Part shown: piece by piece, positions 1-14,593 of the stretch
How the letters are laid out: each line of letters opens with the position of its first letter
Numbering within the stretch: position 1 is the stretch's first letter
Assembly: GCA_951406725.2 (NCBI GenBank)
Contig: OX597819.1
Coordinates: 86,800,001 to 86,864,000 of the forward strand
Direction of reading: 5' to 3'
Origin: Octopus vulgaris
Lineage: Eukaryota
DNA length: 64,000 nt
Made by a program: the position numbers and the translations under genes
Notes under the pieces: model-generated
What the model saw: only the letters and a program-made list of their open reading frames with translations
Databases searched by the model: none
Told to the model about the DNA's origin: nothing

Positions 1-728
1 TGTATTTAATATATTCTGGGCAGTTTTATAGTCAACTCCATGTGATAACTGGTCTCAAGGACGATATCACTTTCACAACATCCAAAGAAACATACAATTA
101 TTAAACTGGAATATTCTGTAGTGGAAGACTTACTAAGAAGTAAAAATTTCCTCTATATCCATTTGTATTTTCATGTATTCATTCAGTCTACAGATTTATG
201 TCACAGCCTGAATTTCTGATTTATATAATTGTTAAGCATGTTCAGTGAAAAATATTTTGATAAAACTAAGTATAATGTACTCTGTAGAGTATTTATATGT
301 CTTGTTAGTGAGTATATAAGCCACTTAGAAAATAATTCCATTTTGAGCATTTGGATGTAGTATTTCCTCATATGAAGAATTTCATTTAGGTAGATATAAA
401 AGTGTATGTTTTTCAGCCCATTCTTCTGTTCTGACAGTTTTACATTCAAACCCTTGCAACAACAGGTTACAGAAGATTTCTGTTTTTTTTTAATTTTAAT
501 TTTTTTTATTAATCTCCTGAACAAAAATACTGTTCTTAAAACTGCTATGAAATAAGATCACTCATATTTCCTTTATATCATATATCAGTAGTTAACGTTT
601 GTCTATTCTTTCAATTATGTCACAGCTGCATAATTTACATGGGTATTTGTTGAGCAGTTATTTCTATCTTTTTATCTATCTATCTATCTATCTACAATTG
701 CACACACACATTCATACACATGCATGTA

Positions 729-764
<36 letters not shown>

Positions 765-831
765 TAGATAGATAGATAGATATAGATAGATAGATAGATA
801 GATATATAGATAGATAGATAGTTAGATAGAT

Positions 832-884
<53 letters not shown>

Positions 885-1173
885 CAGAAAATGGAGAAAA
901 CCTCAGAGTTAATACAAAAGCATGCAAAATAAACAAAAAGAAGAGAGAGTAGGAAAGAAAACATGGCCTAGTGAAGAAGTCTGGGAGCCCAATATATTAA
1001 AGACATGCAATCTTCCATCACTGGACTATAGATATACATACATACATATATATATATAGATAGATACACATATATAGATATACATACACTCACATGCACA
1101 TATATGTATCTATGTGTATGTATATGTGTATGTATATGTGTGTGGTATATGTGTGTGTATATGTGTGTACATG

Positions 1174-1206
<33 letters not shown>

Positions 1207-3110
1207 GCAAGCACATATATTTACATGTGTACATTCTAGATATATTTTTACATAGTTTTGGAATTTAATAAATATGCTAGAGTAGCATAGCCAATATTGT
1301 GTACTTCCTAAGTTACATAAAGCTATGTTGTATTTTTAATGAGCCTTAGAAATATATATATATATATATATATATATACAAACATGTATCTAAAAATATA
1401 TACATGTATATATAAATTTGACTTAGAATAACTTTTCTTATTGTATAATTTGATTATGTATTATGGTAATACTCCATATATTTTTGTTGACAATGTTATC
1501 TTACTGTCATGGAACATGAATTAAAATCTCCATGTATACCACATCTGTATCCACTTGCTTAACTTCCATCATAAGCAGAGAATGTATCATTACTTGAAGT
1601 TTTTGAGTCAAATTTATTACCAAAATTAACAGATTCACATATGAAAGAAAAGCTAACTTCATCTTTCTCTCTCATTCACTGATCAAGAACTATGGTTGTG
1701 TGATTATTTATTTTGTGTCAAAGAAATGAAGCAATTTAACTAGGACACAATACACTGAGTTCAAAGTATAACAAACTTGTAATTAACTTACAAATTCTAT
1801 GTGTATACATATCTTCTTGCATGAATTTACAAATTAATACCATTACAATAGAACCATTTCCCAGCATAGCATGTTCTCTTTATTATATAAAGTTATATAT
1901 GCCTCAAGATATATATTAACTTTCATATTTTAAACATCTCCTCCTTTCCATGGCATCAACTATAGCTCAAGAACAGCAAAGCTACTACTACTTCTTCTTC
2001 TCCTTCTTCTTCTCCTCCTCGTTATTTATATATTTATTTATTTACCCATCTATTTATTTATTTTTTTTTTGCTGGCTGTCAGGTGATTCAGCAGTATGTT
2101 CACAAATGATTTCTTTAGCATTAGAACCAGGACTTGTAATTAGTCATGCTTTGTCATTTGATCATATGAATATGCACATAAGTTTCATGAAAGAAGGATG
2201 GCTGACTTTACAGAATTTCTTCCAATATATATATAAAATATTAAAAAGATGGCGATTACGAAGCACTACAATATTGCTTCTCTCTCTTTAGTACTTAGAA
2301 ATAGATTTTTTCTGGAAAGAAATACTGAAAAGATTATTTAAAAACCACAATTTAAACAACATTAGTTTTTGAACTCTTTTTTAAAGAGGTAGACATCAAC
2401 AAAGATGGGAGACAACTCTAAATATATTCCTCCCTCCTTGAAAGATCATTTCTGTTAGATGTAGTAGCAATATAAATTATAAATGAGTTGCTATGTTAAA
2501 TCTCACATTCATTAGCATAGTGTTTGAATGTATGTATGTACATACGTATATATGTACATATATACATATGTACGTATGTCTGCATGTATGTATTTAATTA
2601 TGTATCTTTTTTCTTTTATTTAAGTTCTTCTTAAAAGAGTTCAAGCCAGTTATTAACAAAATGACAAGACTTTTTGAGCTAAGGGAACTCCTGGCGTTAG
2701 TAAATATGTGTTTAAGTTGGTTTATTTGTTGAGTTCCATGTATGTATGTATGTATGTATGTATGTATGTATGTATGTATGTATGTATGTGTGTGTGTGTG
2801 TGTGTGCATGCGTGTATGTATGCATGTCTGTATATATGAATGTATATATACATGTATGTATAAATGTATTTATGAATATATGTATGAAAGTATTCTTGAA
2901 TGTATGTATTCAAGTATGAATGTGTGTCTACAAGTATGAATGTATGAATATAAGTATGTATAAAAGTATGTATATTTGAATACATTCATAAATGTATGTA
3001 TGAAATTTATTGAATGTTTGATATTGCATAAACATTTGATTATTTGTGCAGATTTAACCAGGGAATTAAACTTTTTATATGTGTGTATATATATATACAT
3101 ACATTTATAC

Positions 3111-3168
<58 letters not shown>

Positions 3169-5659
3169 TTATCTGCATGTATATGTACGAGGGTCTGTGT
3201 TCTTATCCAGGTCAGCTGACCTCAGCTAGTTTCATGCTACTAGCTGAATGAAATGAAGCATTCCTTCTTTAGTTCAAGCATTGGATAACAAATTTCTAAT
3301 AATGTTGAATGAGACACTCAAGCAGCCTTTCTTACACAGCTAATGATATAAGCATTAACAATGATAGAGAAATGAATTGATAACTAACATCATGTGAGAC
3401 CTGTTTGGCTCACCGAGAATTTATTAAGGCTTATTACAATGTAAGATTACCAAGTTGGTACTTTTTATCATTATTATTATTTTTACTATTGTTGTGAGAT
3501 TTTATTTCTGAAAATCGTAGAGGGCTTATTATGTTGACTGTTCCACTCTAAACCAAAAGATTGTTGCTTCACATTGTCTGTTTCAGGTCACTGTGTGTAT
3601 AGGGAAGTTACTTGAGCTCGCAATGGGTTATGCTTTGTGAGCTGAAACAGACTCTAAATGCACAAAATAAAGTTTAAGACTAAATTCATGTCCTTATGAT
3701 CCAACAGGATAATATGCAACACATTGATCATAGTCCTAAGTAACGAATGCATTTCATTCTCTAAAGTATTTATATCTTAGAAGTTTGAGTATCATAAATG
3801 TGCAACCAAATACATGGATAGAATCAGTTATTTAAAAAAATTAATTCAAGTGTAAAAAATATTTGTCTGTTTGTCAAATAATGATTTCTCCAAAATGCAA
3901 TAATTGATATATCATTTGAGAGTAAATATTTCTTCATATATCTTTTAATATGAAAATTGAATTTTTTAAAAAGTAATCATATTAAAAAAATAGATTCTAA
4001 AGGATTCTAACAAAATGTGTGAACCATATATATTTAATGTATCACATTTGACATACTCATTTGATTACATGTATCAAATAGTAAACCTATACAGCAAACA
4101 GATTGAGTAAATTTTGTTTTCTTTTCCAACATAATACAAATTACATGTTCTTCATTGAAGGGAAAATGTAACGTGCCTATCTTGGCTATCTTTACTACAA
4201 AAATATGCATAAAGCATCAGTTAAGAGAATTTGCTTCAGTTGGATATTAAATTCAGGTTGCCATCTCAGAATACTGAAGCTTAGTTTGTTGTTTTATGGT
4301 ACTTGCTACTAAGTGTTATAAGATCAATTTCTTGCATAGGCATAAGGCCTCAAATCAAAACCAATATGCAATTGGTACTTTGCTTTCCATTGAGTCCAGA
4401 AGAATAAAAGAAAACACAACCATGACAAATTTATGAATTCAGTGTGTGAGTAAACAACCGAGAATCTGAAGTTATTTTGTTCCTCACTCAACTAATTCAA
4501 CCACACCAACACTCTAAGTGTAACAGAATTACTATTAGATATCAAAAAGTTGTTTTAACCATTCAGGCATTGATTTGCCAGTATTCTTTTTTTTTTTTGT
4601 ATTTTTTTAAATACATATGTTAGTGGTTTAATTAATGAAATTATTTATTCATTTATTCATTGAACAACAGAAAAAATCTATTCCAGTCTTTAACAACAGG
4701 AAGCAGATGTCAAAATTATATTTCTGAGGTTCCTAATTCCTGAAGTAATTGAAACATTTCACTTTCAGTTAATTAGGCCAACATATGTTTTGCTAATAAA
4801 ATTAGTTTGTCAAATATTAACAACTTGAAACTTAAATTTTGTAATAAAATATTTGTTCATTGATAACCATGACGATATTCTCAACAAGATCATTTATAAT
4901 TGTAACAATAATAGTTACAAGGGATGGAGTTCTTTGTTTATAAAAGTTAACAGGAGATTATGGAAATGAAACTTGTCTATGCAAAAAATAAAAAAATAAA
5001 AAACTGGTTACAACTTATGGTTGCAAAAGCCTGTTTGTGAATCACAGAAAAAATTTTTTAAATCCTATTTGTGAATCTCAGCAAGCCAAGAACTTTAAAG
5101 CACAAAGGGAAAAAATCCCCTAGAACATTTGCTCAGTTTTCATAAAGCCACATAATTTAACCAGTGATTACTTTTGGCAGGGTTCAACATCTCTATTTGA
5201 TAAGGAAATGGGTATTAATGGCAGTCACTGTCTTCACAAAATGAAAGCTGCACTAATGAAATGAAAGGGCTTCAATTCACGATTCAAGTTGAATAATATG
5301 GCATTGGATAACAAGCAATTTATCAGTTATTCTCCAGTGCTTATCAACTACAAACTTTTAATGTTTTAGCAAAAGTATGGTATATAATAAAATACAATAG
5401 TATGTAATGTACTGATATATAATATAGTTATATAATATAGAGTATTGTACCTTACATAGTATAACATTACCTTTTAATATATTAGCAATAACAGAGTGTA
5501 TAACATATATATAACATTTATATATCGCACAGTTGCATAACATAGTATATTGCATCTTAAAAAAGTATAATATTTATGATATTAACTACAAATTTTGAAT
5601 GACTTTTAACTGCAACCAGTGTATGAAAACCCAAAAATGCTTTTGAACTACATACACAC

Positions 5660-5681
5660 ACGCACATACATATATATATCA

Positions 5682-5721
<40 letters not shown>

Positions 5722-5743
5722 AATAAATATATCAATGTGTGTA

Positions 5744-5776
<33 letters not shown>

Positions 5777-6182
5777 TGACATATATGCATACGTATATAC
5801 ATATATACATACATACATATATATATATACATACATATACATAAATATATACATACACATACATACATGCATACATATACATACATATACATACATACAT
5901 ATAAATACATATTTACATACATATGCATACATATACATACATACATATACATACATATACATACATATATACATACATACATACATACATACATACATAC
6001 ATACATACACACATACATACATACATATATACATACATATATACATACATATATACCAGGTGGTGCTATTAAGTTAGACATGGCCTGGGCCAATAATGGC
6101 CGAAACCTATCAAAGTATCAAAGTATATACATACATACATACATATATACATACATACATACATATATACATACATACATAC

Positions 6183-6219
<37 letters not shown>

Positions 6220-6220
6220 A
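5660..6220. repeat. compound (TA)n/(TACA)n/(TG)n microsatellite, representative of dozens in the window
   Basis: directly visible; yields YIYI, HTYI and CVCV pseudo-ORFs. Confidence 0.95.
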
Positions 6221-6536
6221 GTGTATTGTAAGAAAAGGGTTCAATGAAAATGAATAATTTAAGGTTTAGTGCAATAATAATGTATAAAAACATCTAAGAT
6301 GAACGGACGTTAACAAAAATAAAAACAATAAAGACATGCTATACATATCAAAATAAATGTGAATCACACATCTCTTTATCTTAATACATATATCTCTTTA
6401 ATTTTGTGTGTCTATTTGTTCTCACCAACTTTATGTATACGTTAGGTGTGTATGAATATTTAAAAACTTATACACACAAACATACATATGCATACATACA
6501 TACATGCATACATACATTCATGCATACATACATACA

Positions 6537-6596
<60 letters not shown>

Positions 6597-6846
6597 CACA
6601 CCCATGTGTGTGTATGTGTGTGTGTGTGAGTGTGTACATGTGTGTGTGTGTATACATATATATATAATGTATTTTGTTTATGGTTATGGCATAATTTGCA
6701 TGATGACACTGAGCACACACAGGCAAAACTCAGAATAGTAGAAGACTAACTTGAGCAAAATATAAAACATATTAAATCTCTTCTGTGGTATTGAGTACTC
6801 TTTTCTCTGATAGTCAGCACTAAATGGATATATATATGCATGCATG

Positions 6847-6889
<43 letters not shown>

Positions 6890-7753
6890 CGAGTGAAAAA
6901 CACAGAATGGCCAGTGGCACAAATTTGTACAACAAAGATGAATAAAGGTTTATAAAATACCATACAACATAATTCTGTGATTTTGGGAAATTATCTTTGC
7001 ACTAAGAGAAGGCAAACAAATATCTATTGGCAATTGCAACTAACTCAAAATGATGAGGGGAGATAATCTGAAGGGTTTAAAATAAACTGAAGGATTAAAA
7101 ATTTTTCTATATTAACATACCATTAAGGGAATGTCTTTTTTTTTTTTTGCTTTTGTCTAGAGACAAAACGACAACTGTTGGCACATGTTTCTACCTCAAT
7201 AGACTTCATCAGAACAGCAATTGTCCTACCATGAACCCATTCACATGCATGTGTGTGTGTGTGTGTGTGTGTGTGCATTGACTGTCTCTTTGTTTGTATC
7301 TGTGTGCATGTGTACATATCTAGATTTGACAACACAGGAAACAAACTCACAAAAAGAATAATAAAAAAGAAGAAGCATGTGACAGTAATGTTCTTGTGAG
7401 GTTTAGGGTTCAAAATCTAATGCAAATTGTGTTCCCTATTCCTAGAAAATCTATTGGACAACAATAGAGTTTGTGGAATATTTGTGGCTATAAACAAAAT
7501 CCCATCCAGCATGCAATGAACAGAATGAACACACATACACACAAACACACAAACACACACACACACACGCACACACACAGATATCTAGATGTGTGAATCT
7601 GTATGTGTTTGGGAGTGGGAATGGGGTATGAACAAATCAGAAACTAATGTCTAGTACTTTCATCTTTCATAAGAGTGATATAAAACTTTAGAGACAGAAA
7701 ACAAAACAAGACGAGAAGTGAGACAGAAACCCAAGTATATATATATATAGATA

Positions 7754-7784
<31 letters not shown>

Positions 7785-7989
7785 AGACATATATATATAT
7801 ATAAATACATATTTATATATATGCACTATATCATATTAAGGAAGGAACAAACGAGAGATTAACATATTAGCACACAAATGAAAACTAATAAAGAAAATGA
7901 TTCAAACAAAATTAGATGGATTTTTTTCCCACTTATTTCATTATATAAATCATTAAAAAAAAACAGCAGTTTCAATGACTTAAAATAAT

Positions 7990-8099
7990 CTAAAGCTTTT
8001 TAGCATCGCTTGAGAGCTCTGACATTTCCTCTTCTTCAGTACTTGTATCATCACTTGGCACAACACACAGCAGTTTTTGTAAGAACAGCTGGAATCTTC
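7990..8099 (-). CDS. SLC7A9: SLC7A9-like terminal coding exon
   Basis: tttacag acceptor, phase matches previous exon; GRFQLFLQKLLCVVPSDDTSTEEEEMSELSSDAKKL-TAG resembles LAT C-termini (LQxLxxVVP). Confidence 0.9.
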
Positions 8100-8204
8100 C
8101 TGTAAATGTAAAATGATGGATAAGTATTAATAAAATAAGAAAATTATCTGACAGCTATTGGTTTTTAGTATGAGATTGGGATCTAGATTCATTGCATCTA
8201 AACA

Positions 8205-8611
8205 GGTGTAGGAGTGGCTGTGTGGTAAGTAGGTTGCTTACCAACCACAAGGTTCCAGGTTCAGTCCCACTGCGTAGCACCTTGGGCAAGTGTCTTCTAC
8301 TATAGCCTCGGGCCGACCAAAGCATTGTGAGTGGATTTGGTAGATGGAAGCTGAAAGAAGCCCATTGTATATATGTATATATATATATATGTAAGTGTGT
8401 GTATAGATTTGTGTGTCTGTCTTTGTTCCCTCAACATTGCTTGACAACCAATGCTGGTGTGTTTACGTCCTCATACCTTAGCGGTTCAGCAAAAGAGACT
8501 GATAGAATAAGTATTAGGCTTACAAAGAATAAACCCTGGGGTCGATTTGCTCGACTAAAGGTGGTGCTCCAGCATGGCCACAGTCAAATGACTGAAACAA
8601 GTAAAAGAGTA
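8205..8611 (+). mobile_element. tRNA-derived SINE family A (CORE-like body, internal TA/TG microsatellite)
   Basis: A box GGAGTGGCTGTGTGGTAAG, B box GGTTCAGTCCC, accttgggcaag body, tail ggtgctccagcatggccacagtcaaatgactgaaacaag; many copies in window. Confidence 0.85.
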
Positions 8612-8843
8612 CAGGAATGAACTGATCTGGGGATAAAATGTCAATTACCAGTACTTAAGAACAATTAAGGATTGGATACCATTTTATGCAAGGAATGATA
8701 CATGAAACAATGTATTTTTAGACAGACTATACTTGAAACAAAGTTTGGATGGTAATGGCTAGTATGCCCTTGGTCATATGTGTGCTAAACTGAAGATCAG
8801 GGATGACCTTGGAGTAAAGAATAACAATTTTAGCAGTCTATTA

Positions 8844-8965
8844 CACTGTGTAACACAATTTTTGTCTTTGGGTAGCAACTGTTATTTTCTATTTGTTTAC
8901 CCCTAGAAAATAGAAAAAATGGCTAATATTTCCTTCAAACTTTGCTTTTGTTGTGATATTTGGGT
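8844..8965. mobile_element. one arm of the CACTGTG-TIR MITE family (see 62206-62679)
   Basis: TA-cactgtgtaacac...gcaactgttattttctatttg matches the reverse complement of 62580-62679. Confidence 0.6.
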
Positions 8966-9237
8966 CACTAGGGATACTAATTGTTTTTTGTTTCTAATAT
9001 TGGCACAAGATCTGAAATTGTTGGGAAGTGGGGTAGTCAATTACATCGACTGCAAGTGCTTAACTGGCATTTATTTTATCAACCCTGAAAAGATGGAAGG
9101 TAATGTTGACCATGGCAGGATTTGAACATGAGACATAAAGCCATAACAAATGCTACAAAGCATTCTGTCTGGTGTGCTAACTATTTTTGCCAGCTGCCCA
9201 CCTTTCATTGGAATACTTATTAAATATTTTATCGGAG

Positions 9238-9364
9238 CGATTGGCATTAGGAAGGGCATCCAACTGTAGAAACTCTGCTAGATCAAGATTGGAGCCTGGT
9301 GCAGCCATCTAGTTTGCCAGTCCTCAGTCAAATCATCCAACCCATGCTAGCAAGGAAAGCGGAC

Positions 9365-9405
<41 letters not shown>

Positions 9406-9465
9406 GTGATGGTGGTGGTGGTGGTGGTGGTGGTGGTGGTGGTGGTGATGATGATGATGATGATG
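9238..9465 (+). mobile_element. RTE-related retroelement terminal fragment with (GAT)n/(GGT)n tail
   Basis: ttggcattaggaagggcatcc...tccaacccatgctagcaaggaaagcggac then trinucleotide tail; homologues at 13020-13200 (-) and 15950-16165 (+). Confidence 0.65.
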
Positions 9466-10292
9466 CTTCGTGAGAGAAAACTCTAAAGCAGTATTTCTTT
9501 GTCTTACAGTGCATCCATTGAAAATAGTACATTCTATGAAAGTCCAGTTAATCTTTCTCAGCCTTTGATTATTTTTGTTTCCTTTCTACTTCCCATTTAA
9601 TGTCAATCAAATATAAGATCGTTACTAACATTAATTTAGAAATATATTTTCTTAGTTTGAATTGAGTCCATACTACCAAATATTCATAAATAACTCATGT
9701 AATGATGAATAGATATTAAACCAATTAAAATGTATTAGATGTAAATATTTGAAATTGTTTAATCTCTAAAGATGCTATAAAGATTCAGAAAAATTACAAT
9801 TACATTAATAATAACAAATCTCATACACTTATATCTAATCTTTTGTTTTCATTTATCCTTTTACTAAATTTCTTTTGAAATACACTGCATTTGTCTCAAT
9901 TAATTTTGAAAATGATTAAGAATTTAGTAAATTAATTTTGTCTTTTTTAAAGTTAGGTTTGGAACATAAATTATCATGAAACTTTTTTTGTAAGTATAAA
10001 ATTTAGATCACTTTAAAACAGAAAGTTTTAAATCATTGAACTAGGGGCTGTCTTAGCCAAGTTGATATCCAAATGGTTAAACAGTATTTCTCTCTCCTTT
10101 CTATCCCTTTTTGTTTCAGTTACTAGACTTTGGCCATGCTGGAGCACCACCTTGAAGAACATCAATACAAATTTTTCACTTGTATTTATTCTATTGGTCC
10201 CTCAACCATTAAGTTATGGGGATGTAAACACACTAACACCAGTTGGAGGACAAACACATATACAATGACATGCAGACACATACATTCAGATA

Positions 10293-10334
<42 letters not shown>

Positions 10335-10498
10335 GTTTAGCAACAAGTTGCTTCATCACATACCAAAAATTTAGAAATAGCAGCCAAAAGGACAGCTAAA
10401 TCTTTTTACTACAAATATGACTCCACAGACAACAATATATTTGTAACTCACATAGGCATAAAGAAGAAAAAATAATGAAATTAAACAGTCTATGATTA

Positions 10499-10556
10499 AT
10501 TATGGATGCGTTTCTGGATTAGAATTATACAAATTCATTTCCTTCATCAACATAAT
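10499..10556 (-). ncRNA. degenerate type I hammerhead ribozyme (Penelope-like relic)
   Basis: minus: attatg TTGATGA aggaaatgaatt..aattctaatcca GAAA cgca TC cataat; perfect 6-bp stem I and paired stem II, C3U and stem III mutated. Confidence 0.6.
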
Positions 10557-10566
10557 ATTTCGAGAA

Positions 10567-10675
<109 letters not shown>

Positions 10676-10789
10676 CAAATATATATATATATGGTAAGCT
10701 TGTGTTCTAAATATCTAATGTCTCTACTTGTCTTAATAATTAGGGAATGGAAACTTTTCTCTCACAGTATTTTAAGAAAAATATTTTAC

Positions 10790-10958
10790 CTATTCCAGGT
10801 GGAGAAATCTTCTTGTAAACAAATGGGAAGTAGAAAATCAGTCCACTACAGATGAAGAGAAAAGCAAAGAAGAATTCCATCTTTGGATTCTGGATGACTG
10901 GTGCCAGTACAAGATAAGCTGACATGATCACAACGATTATTGGGATCACAATTGGTAC
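10790..10958 (-). CDS. SLC7A9: SLC7A9-like exon
   Basis: 169-nt exon, aaacag|...|gtaaaa; VPIVIPIIVVIMSAYLVLAPVIQNPKMEFFFAFLFICSGLIFYFPFVYKKISPPGI (TM11-TM12). Confidence 0.94.
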
Positions 10959-11298
10959 CTGTTTGAGAAAGAAAAGAAAACAAATAACTGATTATTTCTT
11001 TCATATTGATAAAATTATTTACATCTAAGAGCCCATGAGAGAAAGCTATCTTGCATGCAATCCCTTGACCTACTTCAGTTCAGTTGTTTCTCATTTACTA
11101 AACTTCCCATTTACTTAACAACACTTTTATTCTATTCTTTACTTTCAGACATAGGTCAATGCTTTGAGCAACTGAACCAACCAAGCACCTCTGAATTCTT
11201 CTATTAGTATCAACATTTAGTGGACTAGTTTTGGTAAACTTAAGAAATCCAACAAAACCAGGACAATACTGCCAATTCCTATCAGTGTTCATACCAAC

Positions 11299-11733
11299 AG
11301 TAGTGTAATATATTTAGAGCTGAGGTGCTGAATGCCATGCGTAAAAAGTTCTTAATTAATTGAAGGTGGCAATTTGTCAGAATTGTTAGTACAGAAAAAA
11401 TACTGAGTGCCATTTCTTCTAGTTCTTTACATTCTGAATTCAAATTCCACTGAGGTTGACTTTGCCTATCATCCTTTCAGGGCTGATAAAATAAGTACAG
11501 TATTGGTCAAGTAGTGTAATATGTTTAGAGCTGATGTGCTGAATGCCATATGTAAAAAGTTCTTAATTAATTGAAATTAATTGAAGGTGGCAATTTGTCA
11601 GAATTGTTAATACAGAAAAAATACTGAGTGCCATTTCTTCTAGTTCTTGACGTTCTGAGTTCAAATTCCTCTGAGGTTGACTTTGCCTATCATCCTTTCA
11701 GGGCTGATAAAATAAGTACAATATTGGTCAAGT
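11299..11733. repeat. 211-bp local tandem duplication including an old SINE-B fragment
   Basis: agtagtgtaata...attggtca starts at 11299 and again at 11510, nearly identical; second copy has an extra attaattgaa. Confidence 0.9.
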
Positions 11734-12610
11734 ACTGGGGTCAATGTAATAGACTTGACTGCTATCCTCAAAATTGCTGGCCTTATGCCAAAATTAGAAA
11801 GAATTAATTGAAATTTCCCTGTTAGATTTTTTAAATGTTTTAATCAGGAGAGAAGACAGTACCAAGGATACTTCAAAGAGCTCTCAAGACTGGTGGAAAG
11901 AAAGGAGGGAGGAAGGAAGATATCCTCAAACTGGAGACTTGGTCTCAATGCTTATAATAGAGTGGGCTCTGTTAAAAGCTATTTGGTTGCCAGGTAGTGG
12001 TAATAAATTAAGTGACAGATTAAGTCTACCATGCATGAAGGCCACTGCAGGATTTGAAATTAAAATGCAAAGATCCAGAAGAAATACTGCAAGACATCTA
12101 GTCTAGCAGTCTTACAGTTCTGCCAATCCACTGTACTCAAATGGCACTTTATCAACCTTGAAAAGGTGAAAGGGTAAGTTGACCATTGCAGGATTTGAAC
12201 AAATGGAGAAGGAAACTAGAATCCTCATAACAATTGTTATTGACTCTCAAAGTAAATTTACATGTTTTGAAGCAGGAAAGTTTAATGTGTGTAGGTGTGG
12301 AGCAACAATAGATATGTTTCAGTCTATTACAGCTTATTAGCATAGTATTGTCTACTTGCATTACTTGTAGTACTGAAATGTGGTCAAGACAGCCCTGAGT
12401 GAGTAGACTTAAAAGTCAAAGGCTTGCTAGTCATGACCAACCCATTTTGTTTTCCATTATATTGTTCTCTAAAATCTTGTAATTTCACGTGTCTTTTTGT
12501 TTTTAAGATAGTAGAGTGTAATATTATTGCTATTTCTAGCAGGTTGAGCAAGTAGTAGATGGCCCTCAGTTGGTTAGCATGACTACATTCAGAATAAATC
12601 AAACAATATC

Positions 12611-12843
12611 TATTTCTTTACTACCCACAAGGGGCTAAACAATGAGAGGACAAACAAGGACAGACGAACGGATTAAGTCCATTATATCAACTCCAGTGCA
12701 TAACTGGTACTTATTTAATCGACCCCGAAAGGATGAAAGGCAAAGTCGACCTCGGTGGAATTTGAACTTAGAGCATAGCAGCAGATGAAATACCGCTAAG
12801 CATTTCGCCCGGCATGCTAACGTTTCTGCCAGCTCGCCGCCTT
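12611..12843 (-). mobile_element. SINE family B, monomer
   Basis: head ggcggcgagctggcagaaacgttagc, core gtcgactttgcctttcatcctttcggggtcga; 17-bp TSD ataaatcaaacaatatc at 12594 and 12845. Confidence 0.88.
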
Positions 12844-13522
12844 CATAAATCAAACAATATCATCTATTAAATTTAATAGCGTATTAATTATTATATGTAT
12901 TAAAATATAGAATAACTCATGGAATTGAAAGGAAAACCACTCATCTGAAACATGAATGTATGCTGATTAGCAAATATATTTGCGTTTGTATGCTCAATGA
13001 CGTGAATATAAAAGCTAACATCATCAACATTTAACATCCATTTTCTATGCTGGCGTGGGTTGGGTGGATTGACAGGTTGCATAGCTCTTTCAGCTTGGTT
13101 TCTACAGCTGGATGCCCTTCTTAACACCAACCACTTTACAGGCTGTAATATGTGCTTTTTATATGGTACCATCTCCAGTGCTTTTTACGTGGCACCTTGG
13201 TTTTAGGATATCTCTTCTGTTGTGGTGGGCAGATCTTCTTGAGTACAGTTATGCACCACATCAATGAGTAGAATATATATATATATATATATATATATCG
13301 TGGTGGCTGTAATCTGAATGTTATCCAACTAAGCTGTTTTAATAATTTTGGAGTGGGGTAGGGGTGGGTTAAAGAACCTAAAAACCTAAAAAACAAGATC
13401 ATTATTTCTTTTGTTTTATGGAACATGGAATAATTCCTCTAACTTATATGCATTTACATATTGTCATTGGGTATTTCAGACAAACTTTAATAAATAAATA
13501 TAATTATTTGAAAGAAGCTTAC

Positions 13523-13672
13523 CTTTAAAGGTCTTTTAAGCTTGGGTTGAGTAATCCGTAAATATATCACCGTAAAGGCACCTATTCCATAAACAGTCCA
13601 TGCTGAGAAACTATAAAAATCAATTAAAGTTGATATTTTCCCTGGAATAATGATAATGATTCCCATCAAAGC
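13523..13672 (-). CDS. SLC7A9: SLC7A9-like exon
   Basis: 150-nt phase-0 exon, tttcag|...|gtaagc; ALMGIIIIIPGKISTLIDFYSFSAWTVYGIGAFTVIYLRITQPKLKRPLK (TM9-TM10, RPxK motif). Confidence 0.94.
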
Positions 13673-14496
13673 CTGAAATTGAATAAAAATAAAAATTAAT
13701 AGATAACATTTCACTCTTAAAGTAAAGAAAATAACCTAAGCTAAGAATATGAATGGTCAAGTCAGTAAAATATGGGATAACCAGTCAAGAATTTGATGCC
13801 ATCTGGCACTAAATGTTGACTGAGGCACTTAATCCTCATAAGACATCATTCTCTAACTGCAAAAAAAAAATTCACAAAATAGGTCAACAGACCATTAACA
13901 GCAAGAAATGATTCTGTTCAGTTGATATTTCAGTTAGCTTGAAATGTTGAGTTCAATATCATCTGGTTTAGAAAGTGTGCCTCTGCCAAGTTGATATCAT
14001 CAGTTTGTTTGGATTGAATATTTTACTCTTGATTTGGTATAGATAAATATAGTATGAAAATGGAGGCTTCATTAGAGTCAGTATGGCATATTGTATTATG
14101 AAACTCCTGAAATAACATGAATTATGCTTCAAATGACTTAAGTTCATGTTCCAGCTTGGCCTTCAGGTTGACTGAAATGTTTAAATTTTACATATTTCTT
14201 TAAGAAATATGTAAACTCTCTCATTGACAGTAGCTGATGAACAATTAATAAGATGTTATTGACAGCTCCATAGAAAATATGCATATGGTTCTAAAAGCAT
14301 TCACACAATCTGTAATACATGTCTCGTGCTTTTTACAAAATGAATCTTATAAGCATCATAACATTTCAAAATATTTTAGATTAGGAATGGAAACAGAAGT
14401 CTCTTTGTGGCTTGCATCATGGAGCTTATTCTGCAAAATTGAGCGTGAGTAACTATGTGAATATTTGTTTTAAGAATAAAGTAAAAAAACTCTTAC

Positions 14497-14593
14497 TGTG
14501 AACATGACTGATGGCACTGGTGTGAGATTCTTATGATGAATGTATGAAAATACTCGTGGAAAATGCCCTTCTCTGCCAGCAACAAAACATAGC
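14497..14593 (-). CDS. SLC7A9: SLC7A9-like exon
   Basis: 97-nt exon, ttgtag|...|gtaaga; (R)LCFVAGREGHFPRVFSYIHHKNLTPVPSVMFT carries the LAT-family AGREGH and LTP motifs. Confidence 0.93.

Noticed and set aside
6070-6115. ggcc...ggccGAAAcctaTC possible hammerhead
   Set aside because: No recognisable CUGANGA box or stem I
5557-6738. Long [12 protein letters not shown] ORFs here and throughout the window
   Set aside because: Stop-free di- and tetranucleotide microsatellites
7990-8004. C-terminal AKKL as an ER-retrieval or peroxisomal signal
   Set aside because: Lysines are at -3/-2 rather than -4/-3, and PTS1 is implausible for a polytopic plasma-membrane transporter
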